From positions 6,662 to 70,661 of the forward strand of contig JBHLME010000002.1 in the NCBI GenBank assembly GCA_048938445.1: 64,000 bases of DNA, in the 5' to 3' direction. Below, in pieces: positions 49,363 through 59,613 of this stretch. The translations under genes and the position numbers were made by a program. Under the pieces are notes generated by a model. It was not told the DNA's origin, made no database searches, and saw only the letters and a program-made list of their open reading frames with translations. This DNA is from Promethearchaeota archaeon. Its GTDB lineage: Archaea; Asgardarchaeota; Lokiarchaeia; Sigyniarchaeales; SOKP01. Numbering within the stretch: position 1 is the first letter of the stretch; each line of letters starts with the position of its first letter.

Positions 49363-50298
49363 ATGGAAAATAAGGATAATGACCCAGATTCCATTAATGA
49401 ACAAAAGAAAATTGTTGATGCAATATACAAGAAAGAAAAAGAAGAGAGAGAAGAATATTTAAAATCGTTTGAAGAAGAAAGGAAAAAATCTATTGAAGAG
49501 AGTAAAGAACAAATTTCAAGTTCTATTAATGAAAAAGCTTTTATGATTGATAGAAAAAAAGAACAAGCTGCGACGCTGAAAGATATTCATCCCGATATAC
49601 TTACTCCTGCAAAAAAAATTAAATCTACAGTTGAAGAAAAAGCATTTCGAATTGAAAGGCAAAGAGATATAGATGACCAGCGTAAAAACATTAATCCCGA
49701 TATTGAAAGTTCTGCAAAAGCAATTGAGGGGGCCGTAGCAGAAAAAGCATTTGCTCAAGAGAGACAAAAACAAATGGACGAGCAACGTAAACAATTGAAA
49801 CCCGACATGGAAGGATCCGCAAAAGCCATTGAGGGGTCCGTAGCGGAAAAGGCATTTGCTCGAGAGAGACAAAAACAAATGGACGAGCAACGTAAACAAT
49901 TGAAACCCGACATGGAAGGACCTGCAAAAGCCATTGAAGGGTCCGTAGCGGAAAAAGCATTTGCTCGAGAAAGACAAAAACAAATAGATGAACAACGAAT
50001 GCAATTAAAGCCCGACATGGAAGGACCTGCAAAAGCCATTGAGGGGTCCGTAGCGGAAAAGGCATTTGCTCAAGAGAGACAAAAACAAATGGACGAGCAA
50101 CGTAAACAATTGAAACCCGACATGGAAGGACCTGCAAAAGCCATAGAAGGGTCCTTGGCGGAAAAGGCATTTACTCGAGATCGTCAACGTGCAATTGATG
50201 AGCAAAAACAAAAAATCCATCCTGATATAAAGGCTATTGGGGAAAAGATTGAATCTGAAATAGAATCTATTGAAGAATCAAAAAAAGAGAGAGAATAA
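49363..50298 (+). CDS. Charged helical protein with about seven 35-aa tandem repeats
   Basis: Unit EKAFAQERQKQMDEQRKQLKPDMEGPAKAIEGSVA. Confidence 0.85.
   Translation: MENKDNDPDSINEQKKIVDAIYKKEKEEREEYLKSFEEERKKSIEESKEQISSSINEKAFMIDRKKEQAATLKDIHPDILTPAKKIKSTVEEKAFRIERQRDIDDQRKNINPDIESSAKAIEGAVAEKAFAQERQKQMDEQRKQLKPDMEGSAKAIEGSVAEKAFARERQKQMDEQRKQLKPDMEGPAKAIEGSVAEKAFARERQKQIDEQRMQLKPDMEGPAKAIEGSVAEKAFAQERQKQMDEQRKQLKPDMEGPAKAIEGSLAEKAFTRDRQRAIDEQKQKIHPDIKAIGEKIESEIESIEESKKERE
49531..50265 (+). repeat. Coding tandem repeat, 105-bp period, about 7 units
   Basis: GAAAArGC at 49531, 49636, 49741, 49846, 49951, 50056, 50161; central four units near-identical. Confidence 0.92.
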
Positions 50299-50341
50299 TA
50301 GGCATTTAATCAGAACCTATTTTTTTTTTTATAATTTCATC

Positions 50342-50842
50342 CTAATAATATTCAAATAAATTTCGTGTTGTCCACGAATTGCTCAAATTAAAACTTTTCA
50401 ATCTCTCCTTATAATCTAACATGGCAGGATCTATTAATCCTTTAAATTGAATTATTTTTTGCTCGAAGCGACGATAAAAATCATTTAATATTTCATGAAC
50501 ATAATATTTTTCCATTTCAAGGCTTATTTTTTTTGTAATGGCAATAACCATCAATCGGCCTCTTTTTTCATAGAGAATCCTCATTTTTTTGAAATTAATT
50601 TCTTGGATTTCTTCATCTTGATTTATTTCATTTATAAAAAGATTCATTGCATTTAGAAAACTGCTTATTAAATCTTCTGGGGTATCACTAAAGCCTAAGT
50701 TATTACTATATTTATTGCTGGCAAATAAGGCTCCAGTGTGATGATCTAGAATATAAATTGCATGAAATATATTTTCTTTAGGATTGAATCGTTCAATATT
50801 AAAACCATATTTCTCTTTTAAAAACTCCATCCTTCTATCCAC
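50342..50842 (-). CDS. Longin-like domain protein
   Basis: AIYILD..TGALF, LISSFLNAMNLFINE, IQEINF..RILY, F..RF...QFKG. Confidence 0.65.
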   Translation of the reverse strand: MDRRMEFLKEKYGFNIERFNPKENIFHAIYILDHHTGALFASNKYSNNLGFSDTPEDLISSFLNAMNLFINEINQDEEIQEINFKKMRILYEKRGRLMVIAITKKISLEMEKYYVHEILNDFYRRFEQKIIQFKGLIDPAMLDYKERLKSFNLSNSWTTRNLFEYY

Positions 50843-50999
50843 AAGTCATTTTTGTATTATCACTCTAGTAATAGGTGAAGAAATCTTAGTTAATTGGAAA
50901 CAAATGTGATACAAAAATACGAATAATATCTAAATATTATCATAATGTCAAAAGGTTTATTTTTAGATTTTCATTTTATTTATTCACTACTTTAAATAT

Positions 51000-51461
51000 T
51001 TGATGATCATGGAAAATCAGGATGCTAAAAATAAAATCTCTGTAGGATTAATTATTACTAAGGATCAAATGAGTAATAATCAAATTTTTCCAGATGAAGT
51101 TAAAAAAGATATATCAGATTCACCATATTACTTATTAATTTTCATTTCTCGTGAAGATGTTGTGAAAATCAACTGTTTTCCACTTTATACAGATATGATT
51201 AAAAAAGTCTTAATTAAGCTAACTGAATTTACTCCTGATATAGTAAATGGTATTTCTCGTGTTTTTAAAGATTTAGAATTGCAGAAAAAAGAAATTATTC
51301 ATATTACTGGAGTATGTTATGAAATGGAAGATTGTTATTATGAAGCATTCATTTCTGGAACTGTTTTTAAACGTGAAGGCATAACCGAAGCTATTAATGA
51401 TAAATTAACTTCTTTAGCAAATATTTTAAATGTTGTAATTGAAGATATACCAAGATTATAA
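51000..51461 (+). CDS. Hypothetical protein with possible C-terminal ACT-like fold
   Basis: Beta-alpha-beta pattern KVLIKL..PDIVNGIS..IIHITGVC..YEAFI. Confidence 0.6.
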   Translation: MMIMENQDAKNKISVGLIITKDQMSNNQIFPDEVKKDISDSPYYLLIFISREDVVKINCFPLYTDMIKKVLIKLTEFTPDIVNGISRVFKDLELQKKEIIHITGVCYEMEDCYYEAFISGTVFKREGITEAINDKLTSLANILNVVIEDIPRL

Positions 51462-51518
51462 AAAAATTTCCTCCTAAAACCTTTTTAATATAAAAAGACA
51501 AGATTCGCTTTTAATAAT

Positions 51519-51893
51519 TTATTCTAATTTGATTGAACTAAGTGAACGCCAAGCTCTCCAAAAAATTAACCACATGATTATAAATATAAAAAGAGCCGTT
51601 GAGAAGATGTATCCCCCAATAAAAATATCAATAAAAGTGAATGGAATTCCCGCTATTGAGAATCCAAACATGAAACCATAACCCCAATATCTATTTTTTA
51701 AAGCGATTATTATTCCAGGAATACTAGTAGTGAAGATTACAGACAAATAAGAAGGGATTGTCATTAAATATCGAATAATGAGCATATTAATCCATGAAAC
51801 AATAAAACCTATGATAAAAAAAACAATTGTTCCAACATCAAATTTAAGCTCATTATCTTCCCTACCAACGGTCTGACTTTTATGTTTACTCAT
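51519..51893 (-). CDS. Hypothetical small membrane protein (about 4 TM)
   Basis: Hydrophobic segments. Confidence 0.7.
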   Translation of the reverse strand: MSKHKSQTVGREDNELKFDVGTIVFFIIGFIVSWINMLIIRYLMTIPSYLSVIFTTSIPGIIIALKNRYWGYGFMFGFSIAGIPFTFIDIFIGGYIFSTALFIFIIMWLIFWRAWRSLSSIKLE

Positions 51894-52064
51894 GATTAAT
51901 AATATGTATTTTATTATTTATTAGAAATTATTTTAAATACAAAGCTTGATATAAATAGTACAAGATAAAAATTTAAATTAGATATCAAATTTAAGTTTTT
52001 GATTCGATTTCAAATTTTATCTTAATAACAATGAAATGATAGAAAGGAAACAGAAATAAACCAT

Positions 52065-52183
52065 GACTCCTGCCACGCCCTGGATTTTTGTCTTTTGGTT
52101 AGTGTATAGAAGTACACTTTGATTTCGCCCTCCTTATCCTATTATATTTTATGACCTATCATTTGGTCTTGTTGGCAGGAGTC
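52065..52183 (-). ncRNA. Candidate structured non-coding RNA, 119 nt, unknown family
   Basis: Perfect 11-bp closing stem GACTCCTGCCA/TGGCAGGAGTC, internal hairpins, U-rich tract downstream on the - strand. Confidence 0.5.
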
Positions 52184-52407
52184 TATACCTAAAAACTAAT
52201 ATTGTAATTCAATAAAATGATACTTATTTGTCGGTTTTATTAAAAATTCTTTCTTTTTTTAATAAAACAACGGTTAGTACATTATAAAATTTAAATTTAC
52301 TAAACGATTATTTTATTAAACAAGTATTTAAATAAAATTTAACATAGATTTTATTTATCTAAAACTAAATTTATACGATAACTAATCGTTTTAACGTGTA
52401 ATCTTTT

Positions 52408-54111
52408 ATGACAGATGTAGAAATTATTCGTAGAACTGAGAGTCTATGTCCAGAATGCTTAAAACAAATACCTGCTGAATTTTACGTGGATCCAGAGACA
52501 AATTGGGTAATGTTAAGAAAAACATGCAAGGACCATGGAGAATTCAAGGATAAAATTGCAATTGATGCGGATGAATATAAATGGCAAAAAGAGTTCACTA
52601 ATGAAATTGGTTCTACCATAGATATTTCCACAAAACCAGATTCAACAACATCAGGAATAAAATGTGCAGAGAACGGGTGTCCTTATGATTGTGGAATCTG
52701 TGAAAATCATCAGAGTGCGCCTTGCATATGTCTAATTGACGTGACAAATCGATGCAATTTGACTTGTCCAATTTGTTTCGCCAATGCAAGTGCTAAGGGT
52801 TATGTTGTTGAACCTACTTTTGACCAAATAATTCAAATAATGGAACATTTTCGGTCAATGAAACCAACACCTGCTGTATTGCTTCAATTTGCAGGAGGGG
52901 AGCCTACTCTCAGGGATGATTTACCTGAAATCATTCGGAGAGGAAAGCAAATGGGCTTTATTGAAACCATGGTCTCTACTAATGGTGTTAGAATGGGTAA
53001 AAGCGTTGAATATTGTAGAGAATTAAAAGAAGCCGGATTGGATGCTGTTTATCTACAATTTGATGCCACTGATGCTCCAGAGATATGGAAGAAAGTTAGA
53101 GGCGTCAATTTATGGCCATTAAAGAAGCGAGTTATTGAAAATTGCCGAGAAGTAGGATTACATGGCGTTGTTTTAGTACCAGTAATAGCTAAAGGTGTAA
53201 ATGACAATCAAGTTGGCCCCATACTAGATTTTGCCCGAGATAATACTGATGTTATTGTAGGAGTGGTATTTCAACCAGTGAGTTTATGTGGACGTATTAA
53301 CTATGAAGAGTTAATGGATCTGAGATACACTACCTCAGATCTTAAGGTTGATATTAACAAACACACGAATGATGCTATTAAACATTTTTATCCAATAGCA
53401 ACTACGGCAAAATTCACGCAATTATTAGCATGGTTTGATGATGTTCCCGCCTTCTCAATGATAAGCCATCATGATTGTGGATTTGCTACAATACTCATTT
53501 CTAATGAGAATACTGGTGAATGGGAACCAATTGAAAACTATTTTGATGCTGACGGTTTGATAAAATTCGCTAATAAGACATGGGATATGATTACTAAGCG
53601 TGAGGCTCCCCGCCCCACAAAGATGTTGAACATTGATTTGTCTAAATATGGAAATATTTTATCAACAATTGGTAATTTTGTTGATGATATGACAGAAATC
53701 GGATATAGACAGGCAATGAAAGCTTATTTCATGGCAGGATTGTTGCGATACATCCGAAATCCCGCGAAAATCGTCACAAGCAAGACGTTTCAGTCTTTTG
53801 CCAAGTTAATATTTTCTCCCAGCCTACAAACTGCGGGGAATTTCCTGCAAACACGGAATATCTTGATCGCAGCAATGCATTTTCAAGATGCATATAACTT
53901 TGACTTACAAAGAGTTAAAAGTTGTCTAGTGCATTATGGACTCATTGATCCCGATGATCCAAGTAAAGTTTTGGAAGTTCCTTTCTGTGCAATGAATACT
54001 GTACACAGGAGTAGATTAGAACGAAAATTAGCTCTTGTTGGTGTTGAAGCAAAAAAACCAGAAATAATACAAAGCGAAATAGAATCGCTCTTAAGCAATT
54101 TGGAAAAATAA
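52408..54111 (+). CDS. tes: Tetraether lipid synthase (Tes/GDGT-MAS, MJ0619-family radical SAM)
   Basis: N-terminal CPEC..C..HG, CPYDCGICENH, CNLTCPIC SAM motif, FQDAYNFD..RV..C..HY..PFC. Confidence 0.8.
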   Translation: MTDVEIIRRTESLCPECLKQIPAEFYVDPETNWVMLRKTCKDHGEFKDKIAIDADEYKWQKEFTNEIGSTIDISTKPDSTTSGIKCAENGCPYDCGICENHQSAPCICLIDVTNRCNLTCPICFANASAKGYVVEPTFDQIIQIMEHFRSMKPTPAVLLQFAGGEPTLRDDLPEIIRRGKQMGFIETMVSTNGVRMGKSVEYCRELKEAGLDAVYLQFDATDAPEIWKKVRGVNLWPLKKRVIENCREVGLHGVVLVPVIAKGVNDNQVGPILDFARDNTDVIVGVVFQPVSLCGRINYEELMDLRYTTSDLKVDINKHTNDAIKHFYPIATTAKFTQLLAWFDDVPAFSMISHHDCGFATILISNENTGEWEPIENYFDADGLIKFANKTWDMITKREAPRPTKMLNIDLSKYGNILSTIGNFVDDMTEIGYRQAMKAYFMAGLLRYIRNPAKIVTSKTFQSFAKLIFSPSLQTAGNFLQTRNILIAAMHFQDAYNFDLQRVKSCLVHYGLIDPDDPSKVLEVPFCAMNTVHRSRLERKLALVGVEAKKPEIIQSEIESLLSNLEK

Positions 54112-54236
54112 TTTATTATTTTTTTATTTTCATTTTTTTATTTATGTTATAATTATACTTCTTACTTAATTCAAGTATTAAGAAAAATAATAGAGATCAA
54201 TATTGATAGGGGAATAAAACTTTAGCAAATTTTTTA

Positions 54237-56225
54237 TTAATCATTAAGAAAAATATATTGGGGGGCTATTTTTCTCTTATCTTTTCCCGCTAAAATATGT
54301 ACATGTTTAATTGTTTTAAGAGATTCTTGATTGAAATTATCCAATGGAATATGTACTAATTCTCTATGTTTTACTCCTGCCATTGAATAAAAATATTTTC
54401 TTGGAGCTTCAGCAGCCACATACAAAATAAAACGTTCCTTTGAATGTAATATTCCAGCCTTCAAAAGTCGTTCCGCTTTGTTTTTAGTATCACGGTATTC
54501 ATAGTCCATATAGTCTTGAAAAACTTCACGATGAGGATGTGGTGGAAAAATTGATAACAATCCTCCAATTTCAACGTGAGAAATCCCAGGACCTATTAAA
54601 TATTTTCCTGGATTAGTTGAATATAAAGATAAATTACTTTCTTTATCATGTTCTGCCCACCAATCGAGTTTATAAGGATATTTCTCGACTTCTCCATCAT
54701 CTTTATCAAATATTACGATTAATGTATCAATATTTCCTTGCAGCTGTTGCTCATTTCGGACATATATTTTTTTTTTAAATGCCCAATTCCGAATAGTCTC
54801 TTTTATTGCAATTCCATCCATTAAACTAGATTTAAACTCTTCAATCTTTATTCTCTGATTTTTCAAGTTTCTTTTAGCTTTTCTACGAATGAAATCAAAG
54901 TAATCTTCTTCTTGAACATCTTCAGGGGGATAAGAAACAGCTTGCCATTTTCCTTTCTCCCATTCATTCCTCCATTGACCGGGATATTCTTCATTAGGCT
55001 TTTTTTTTAAAGGATTTTTATCCTTATCATAACTATAAGGAAAACGTCGTTTTAATTTAACATATTTTCCATTAGGATTGAATCCGCCACCAGCACTCAA
55101 TTTCATGGTTTCATATTTATTACTATCATCATCATATGGGTATTTTGCTGCTCTCTCATACACTTTCCATCCAAAATCATCATCAATTATATTTTTAGCA
55201 GCTATTAACAAGTGTAATAAATTTGGTAATAATCTCTTTTCAGTTAATGATAAATTTCTCGAATATTGAAAAAGTGATTTAAGCTTATGCAGATCTACAA
55301 ATTCCTTGTATTCTTCTTCATATTCCCTTTTGGACTTAATAAAAATATTCTTGATGTGATTAATCTTATCGTATGATGCTATTAAATCATTAATTTGCTC
55401 GGGTGATTCTATTTTATTAAAAATATCAATAAAATTTTTTTCCTTGAATTTCACCCATCTATATGTGTTATAAGGCAATTCTCTTAACAGAAATCTAGCA
55501 TCAGAACTTTTTATATTATAAATTTGAAGATGTTTAAATGGTATGAGATCAATTTCAACATCTTCAATGTTTTCAGGATTATCAAGAAAGTACTTTATAT
55601 TTTCCCAATGTGCCATGCCTACTATAAATAATATCCTATGATATAATGGGATCATCTTTAATAGATGAGTAGCCATGTATTTTTCTCGTAAAACATCTTT
55701 GGCTCGATAATCATACTTTTTTTCTAATTCTTCTTGATTCTCAAAATATTCATCTAAACTTATTGTATCTCTAAATTCTTTTTTAAAATTTATATCTTCT
55801 CTATTAAAGATTTCAGAAACTTTTTGGTAAAATAGGTTTAATCCAATCTTGTTAATAGAATAATCATCAGGTAATTTAAACATTTGAGGGGTATAATCTG
55901 TGAGTGATAGGTCTATAAATTCAATTGGGACATTATATTCCAAACCTAATTTGATTGATTCGATTATTGAGTCTCCTGGATCTATAGGAACAAAATTTAG
56001 TTGTTTAGGATTTAAAGAATCGGCATAACCTAACAAAGATAAATAAGGTAATCTCTTTACAGCTTCAATTACTTCCTCTCTAATATTATTTGGTAACTCC
56101 ACAGCAATTAAATCAGGAGATACTTGAAAAAATGCTTTATTAACTAGTTTAGTAAATTCTAATCTCGAATGAAATGTAGGAACTACATATATATTTTTGT
56201 ATTTTATATAAGGTTTTAAATCCAT
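54237..56225 (-). CDS. Conserved protein with TraB/TIKI-like N-terminal domain; MoxR partner
   Basis: VPTFH, AVELP, REKYMA, IVGMAHW; C-terminal DGIAIKETIRNW. Confidence 0.6.
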   Translation of the reverse strand: MDLKPYIKYKNIYVVPTFHSRLEFTKLVNKAFFQVSPDLIAVELPNNIREEVIEAVKRLPYLSLLGYADSLNPKQLNFVPIDPGDSIIESIKLGLEYNVPIEFIDLSLTDYTPQMFKLPDDYSINKIGLNLFYQKVSEIFNREDINFKKEFRDTISLDEYFENQEELEKKYDYRAKDVLREKYMATHLLKMIPLYHRILFIVGMAHWENIKYFLDNPENIEDVEIDLIPFKHLQIYNIKSSDARFLLRELPYNTYRWVKFKEKNFIDIFNKIESPEQINDLIASYDKINHIKNIFIKSKREYEEEYKEFVDLHKLKSLFQYSRNLSLTEKRLLPNLLHLLIAAKNIIDDDFGWKVYERAAKYPYDDDSNKYETMKLSAGGGFNPNGKYVKLKRRFPYSYDKDKNPLKKKPNEEYPGQWRNEWEKGKWQAVSYPPEDVQEEDYFDFIRRKAKRNLKNQRIKIEEFKSSLMDGIAIKETIRNWAFKKKIYVRNEQQLQGNIDTLIVIFDKDDGEVEKYPYKLDWWAEHDKESNLSLYSTNPGKYLIGPGISHVEIGGLLSIFPPHPHREVFQDYMDYEYRDTKNKAERLLKAGILHSKERFILYVAAEAPRKYFYSMAGVKHRELVHIPLDNFNQESLKTIKHVHILAGKDKRKIAPQYIFLND

Positions 56226-56259
56226 TTGAATTTAGCTTGATTATTTGTTTTTATTTCTA

Positions 56260-57168
56260 TTATTCTTCATCAAAAATTTCATAAAAACTTTTAAGAGTCT
56301 CCTCCTTTTCTTTAAGAAACTCTTCATACTCATCAGAACAATATCTAATTGCTATTTCATCTAGCACGTGGAGGATGGCTTGTTTAAATTGGGTTTTATC
56401 TAACTCATCCTTATTTTTATTATTTAATGCACGAGTTTTCATGTAATAACGTAGGATATTAATCCCATCTCTCACGGTAGTTGGTTCAACGTGATTATGG
56501 CTATTTTGGAGAAAATCAACGCAATATTCTAAAATTTGATCGGAGGCAAAAGGTAAATTATATTTTAAGATTTTTAACTCATCAATTCTGTTTGGAAATT
56601 CAATCATTATTCGAGGATTGAGTCTGCTTGATATGTATTCGGGTATTTCATATGTGCTACTATCACTATTCATGGTTACACATAAACGAAATTCTTCATT
56701 TGCATAAATCCTAATACCTGCTATGATACTTTCAACATATCTCCTTTTATCCATTAAAGGAGCTAATGAAGCCCAACTTTTTTCACTCATTCTATTCCCT
56801 TCATCTAATAAACAAATACCCCCCTTTATCATCGCTGAAACCAAAGAACTTGCTACATATTTTATTTCATTTTTTGAAGAAATTACTGGACTTATTAACA
56901 AATCCTCTGGCCTGGTGTCCATTGTACATTGAAAAATATAAACATCTTTTTCCATTCGTTTACCCGTTGCATAAGCTAACGTTGTCTTTCCAATACCAGG
57001 TTTTCCTAAAATTCGTGGATTTAATGGAATATCCTCATCGTCCACTATTAACCATGCTGCTTTTAATTCATCAATAAGATCTTCATTCCCAACCCATTCC
57101 ATGTTAACTTGAGCAGGTTCTGATAATATTAATTCCACACCAGAAATAGTAATCCTTTCACTCAACAA
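56260..57168 (-). CDS. MoxR-family AAA+ ATPase
   Basis: GKPGIGKT, FQCT, LLDEGNR, VTMN, SRL. Confidence 0.85.
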   Translation of the reverse strand: MLSERITISGVELILSEPAQVNMEWVGNEDLIDELKAAWLIVDDEDIPLNPRILGKPGIGKTTLAYATGKRMEKDVYIFQCTMDTRPEDLLISPVISSKNEIKYVASSLVSAMIKGGICLLDEGNRMSEKSWASLAPLMDKRRYVESIIAGIRIYANEEFRLCVTMNSDSSTYEIPEYISSRLNPRIMIEFPNRIDELKILKYNLPFASDQILEYCVDFLQNSHNHVEPTTVRDGINILRYYMKTRALNNKNKDELDKTQFKQAILHVLDEIAIRYCSDEYEEFLKEKEETLKSFYEIFDEE

Positions 57169-57317
57169 ATTTCACATCTTCTGTATTTTAATCCTAATTA
57201 AATTAAATCCTATCGGAGTAATTAACTTTTCTTATCAATTTGGAAAGAAAAATAAAAATATTTAAGTTTTAAATATATTATGGTCATATTAAGATACCCG
57301 AATAGTAATTCAACAAA

Positions 57318-57863
57318 ATGACTAAACAATACATACTTAAATTAGTTGTGCTTGGTGATGCTGCGGTAGGTAAAACAAGCCTCATAAACCAATACATTGA
57401 CCATTCGTTTAAAGAAGATTATAAACCAACCTTAGGTGTAAATATTTTAACTAAAGACTTATATATAGAAAAATTTAATTTAACCACTCGATTAATTCTA
57501 TGGGATTTAGCAGCACAGGAGAAATATGCATTATCTCGTGCTTTATTCTTTCAAGGATGTTCAGGAGCACTATTCGTCTTTGATCTCACACGACATTTAA
57601 CATTTACTAATATTAGTTCAATATGGTACGAAGATTTTCTTAAATTTGCAAATAATACTAGTGGAAGTAATTATTTATTAATCGGAAATAAAAGTGATTT
57701 AAAAGAATCTCGAACTGTTAAATTTGAAGAAGGCGAGACCTTGTCTAATCAATTAAAAAGCATTGAATATATAGAAACTAGTGCAAAATACGGCGCTAAT
57801 GTAGAAGAAGCATTCAAAAAGCTCGTGTTTCATATAATAAAAAAGAAGTACAAGGAGGTTTAA
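57318..57863 (+). CDS. Rab-like small GTPase
   Basis: GDAAVGKT, PTLG, WDLAAQ, NKSD, TSAK. Confidence 0.9.
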   Translation: MTKQYILKLVVLGDAAVGKTSLINQYIDHSFKEDYKPTLGVNILTKDLYIEKFNLTTRLILWDLAAQEKYALSRALFFQGCSGALFVFDLTRHLTFTNISSIWYEDFLKFANNTSGSNYLLIGNKSDLKESRTVKFEEGETLSNQLKSIEYIETSAKYGANVEEAFKKLVFHIIKKKYKEV

Positions 57864-57981
57864 CCATTTCATACTTTTTATTTAATTGAAATTAAAATAA
57901 CAACGAAAGTAAAAAAATATAAAAACTTTAAAGATGATATTTTAAAATATCAAGATTAATAACTAAATTGATTGTTTCAAA

Positions 57982-58410
57982 TTGAATAGTATCATAACTA
58001 ACGTTGGGCGTGTAATTGTTGGTAAAGTATTACCTAATGAGGATATTATTGATGCCATTAGTGAATTGGCAATAGAAAACAATATAACCTCTGGACTTGT
58101 TAATATAATCGGAGCCTTAAAGAAAGCCACTATAGGCTTCTTTGATCTCAACAAGAAGGAGTATAATTTTAAAACATTTGAAGAGCCATTCGAGATTATT
58201 TCTTGTATGGGAAATATTGCTTATAGTATTAGAGGACCAATCATCCACCTTCATATCTCATTAGGAAGAGAAGACTTTAGTGTTATTGGTGGTCATTTAA
58301 GTCAACCTTCAATAATATCCATTACGGGAGAAGTTTATATATACGAAATCAACACAAAAATAATTCGCTCGGAAGATCTTCAATCTAAGTTATTTCTTTT
58401 AGATGTATAA
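57982..58410 (+). CDS. PPC/DUF296 domain protein
   Basis: IGAL, FEIISCMGNI, HLHISLG, GGHL. Confidence 0.88.
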   Translation: MNSIITNVGRVIVGKVLPNEDIIDAISELAIENNITSGLVNIIGALKKATIGFFDLNKKEYNFKTFEEPFEIISCMGNIAYSIRGPIIHLHISLGREDFSVIGGHLSQPSIISITGEVYIYEINTKIIRSEDLQSKLFLLDV

Positions 58411-58425
58411 TTAGTTGGTGGTAAC

Positions 58426-58977
58426 ATGTCAGAAGGAAGAATTAAGGAATATGTATTAAAAATCGCAATTTTAGGCGATGCAGGTGTTGGAAAAACATCA
58501 CTAGTTAACCAATATGTAACAAAATCCTTTAAAACGGATTATCGTAAGACCTTAGGAGTAAATATCGTGCGTAAGGATATCGAAGTAAAAGAAAAAAATG
58601 CCAAAGTTCGGCTGCTTTTATGGGATATCGCAGGTCAACAACAGTATGAAAAAGCAAGAAATAAATACTATGAGGGATGTATTGGGGCACTATTGGTTTA
58701 TGATATTACCAGGGATTTATCTTTTCTAGATATAGAAGCAAAATGGCTTCATGATTTCAATAAATATGTTAGTGATGACATACCATATGTGTTAATTGGT
58801 AATAAAAATGATTTAGAAGAGGATAGGACTGTTAGTAAGGATGCTGCTATAAAATTGGCAAAAGAAATTAACGCTATTGAATTCATTGAAACTTCTGCAA
58901 AAAATGGACACAATGTTGAAGATGCATTTATAAAACTTGTTTATCACATTTTAAAAATGAGAGATGAGGTTTCTTAA
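58426..58977 (+). CDS. Rab-like small GTPase
   Basis: GDAGVGKT, WDIAGQ, NKND, TSAK. Confidence 0.92.
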   Translation: MSEGRIKEYVLKIAILGDAGVGKTSLVNQYVTKSFKTDYRKTLGVNIVRKDIEVKEKNAKVRLLLWDIAGQQQYEKARNKYYEGCIGALLVYDITRDLSFLDIEAKWLHDFNKYVSDDIPYVLIGNKNDLEEDRTVSKDAAIKLAKEINAIEFIETSAKNGHNVEDAFIKLVYHILKMRDEVS

Positions 58978-59041
58978 AAATAATAATCATTATAGAGGAT
59001 TCTTAATTTTATAATACAATTGGATTTGAGTAAATTATAAT

Positions 59042-59602
59042 ATGATTGGAGAATATATAGGAGTAGTAAATAATAAGGTAGTAACGGCTTTATTAACTGC
59101 CTATCATGAAGTTCTCGATTATGATGGATTAAAATCAATTTTGAGAGAAGCTAATATGTTACACCTTAGAGATATTAAAAATATAGATCCAAATAAAACA
59201 ATGGATTTCTTTTCTTTCAAAAAAATTATTACTGCTCAAAATATACTTCTTTATGAATGCAATTCATTACTAGAAACCATAGGAGAAAAGTTTTCATTTT
59301 ATTTGTTTCCTTTCGGAAAAAATTTTAAAGAAATAATTAAGGAAATCAATGAATTAATTCAAACTGATTGGAATGTTGAAATAATTGAAAGCACCGCTGA
59401 AGAAATACAAGTAAAAGTCCAAAAATGTATATTTTGTTCTGAAGTTGGAGTATCTTGTGATTTTTTCAAAGGTTTTTTAACCCATTCATTAACAAAGACG
59501 TTACAATCTGATATGAAAGTTCAAGCGATAATAGATAATGAAAATGCATACGATCCTGATCATTACAATTTTATATTAAAATTAAAAATAAATAAAGAAT
59601 AG
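59042..59602 (+). CDS. V4R/H-NOX-like (Bet3-related fold) protein
   Basis: GLKSILREA N-terminal helix, IGEKF, C-terminal KCIFC....CDFFKGFL. Confidence 0.6.
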   Translation: MIGEYIGVVNNKVVTALLTAYHEVLDYDGLKSILREANMLHLRDIKNIDPNKTMDFFSFKKIITAQNILLYECNSLLETIGEKFSFYLFPFGKNFKEIIKEINELIQTDWNVEIIESTAEEIQVKVQKCIFCSEVGVSCDFFKGFLTHSLTKTLQSDMKVQAIIDNENAYDPDHYNFILKLKINKE

Positions 59603-59613
59603 ATACGATTAAT

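Noticed and set aside
49531-50265. Possible CRISPR array; also the antisense ORFs at 49516-50220
   Set aside because: The period is 105 bp with no unique spacers and is in frame within a CDS; the antisense ORFs are shadows of the repeat.
52065-52183. MITE interpretation of the 11-bp inverted repeat
   Set aside because: No target-site duplication, second copy or transposase in the window; kept as an ncRNA candidate instead.
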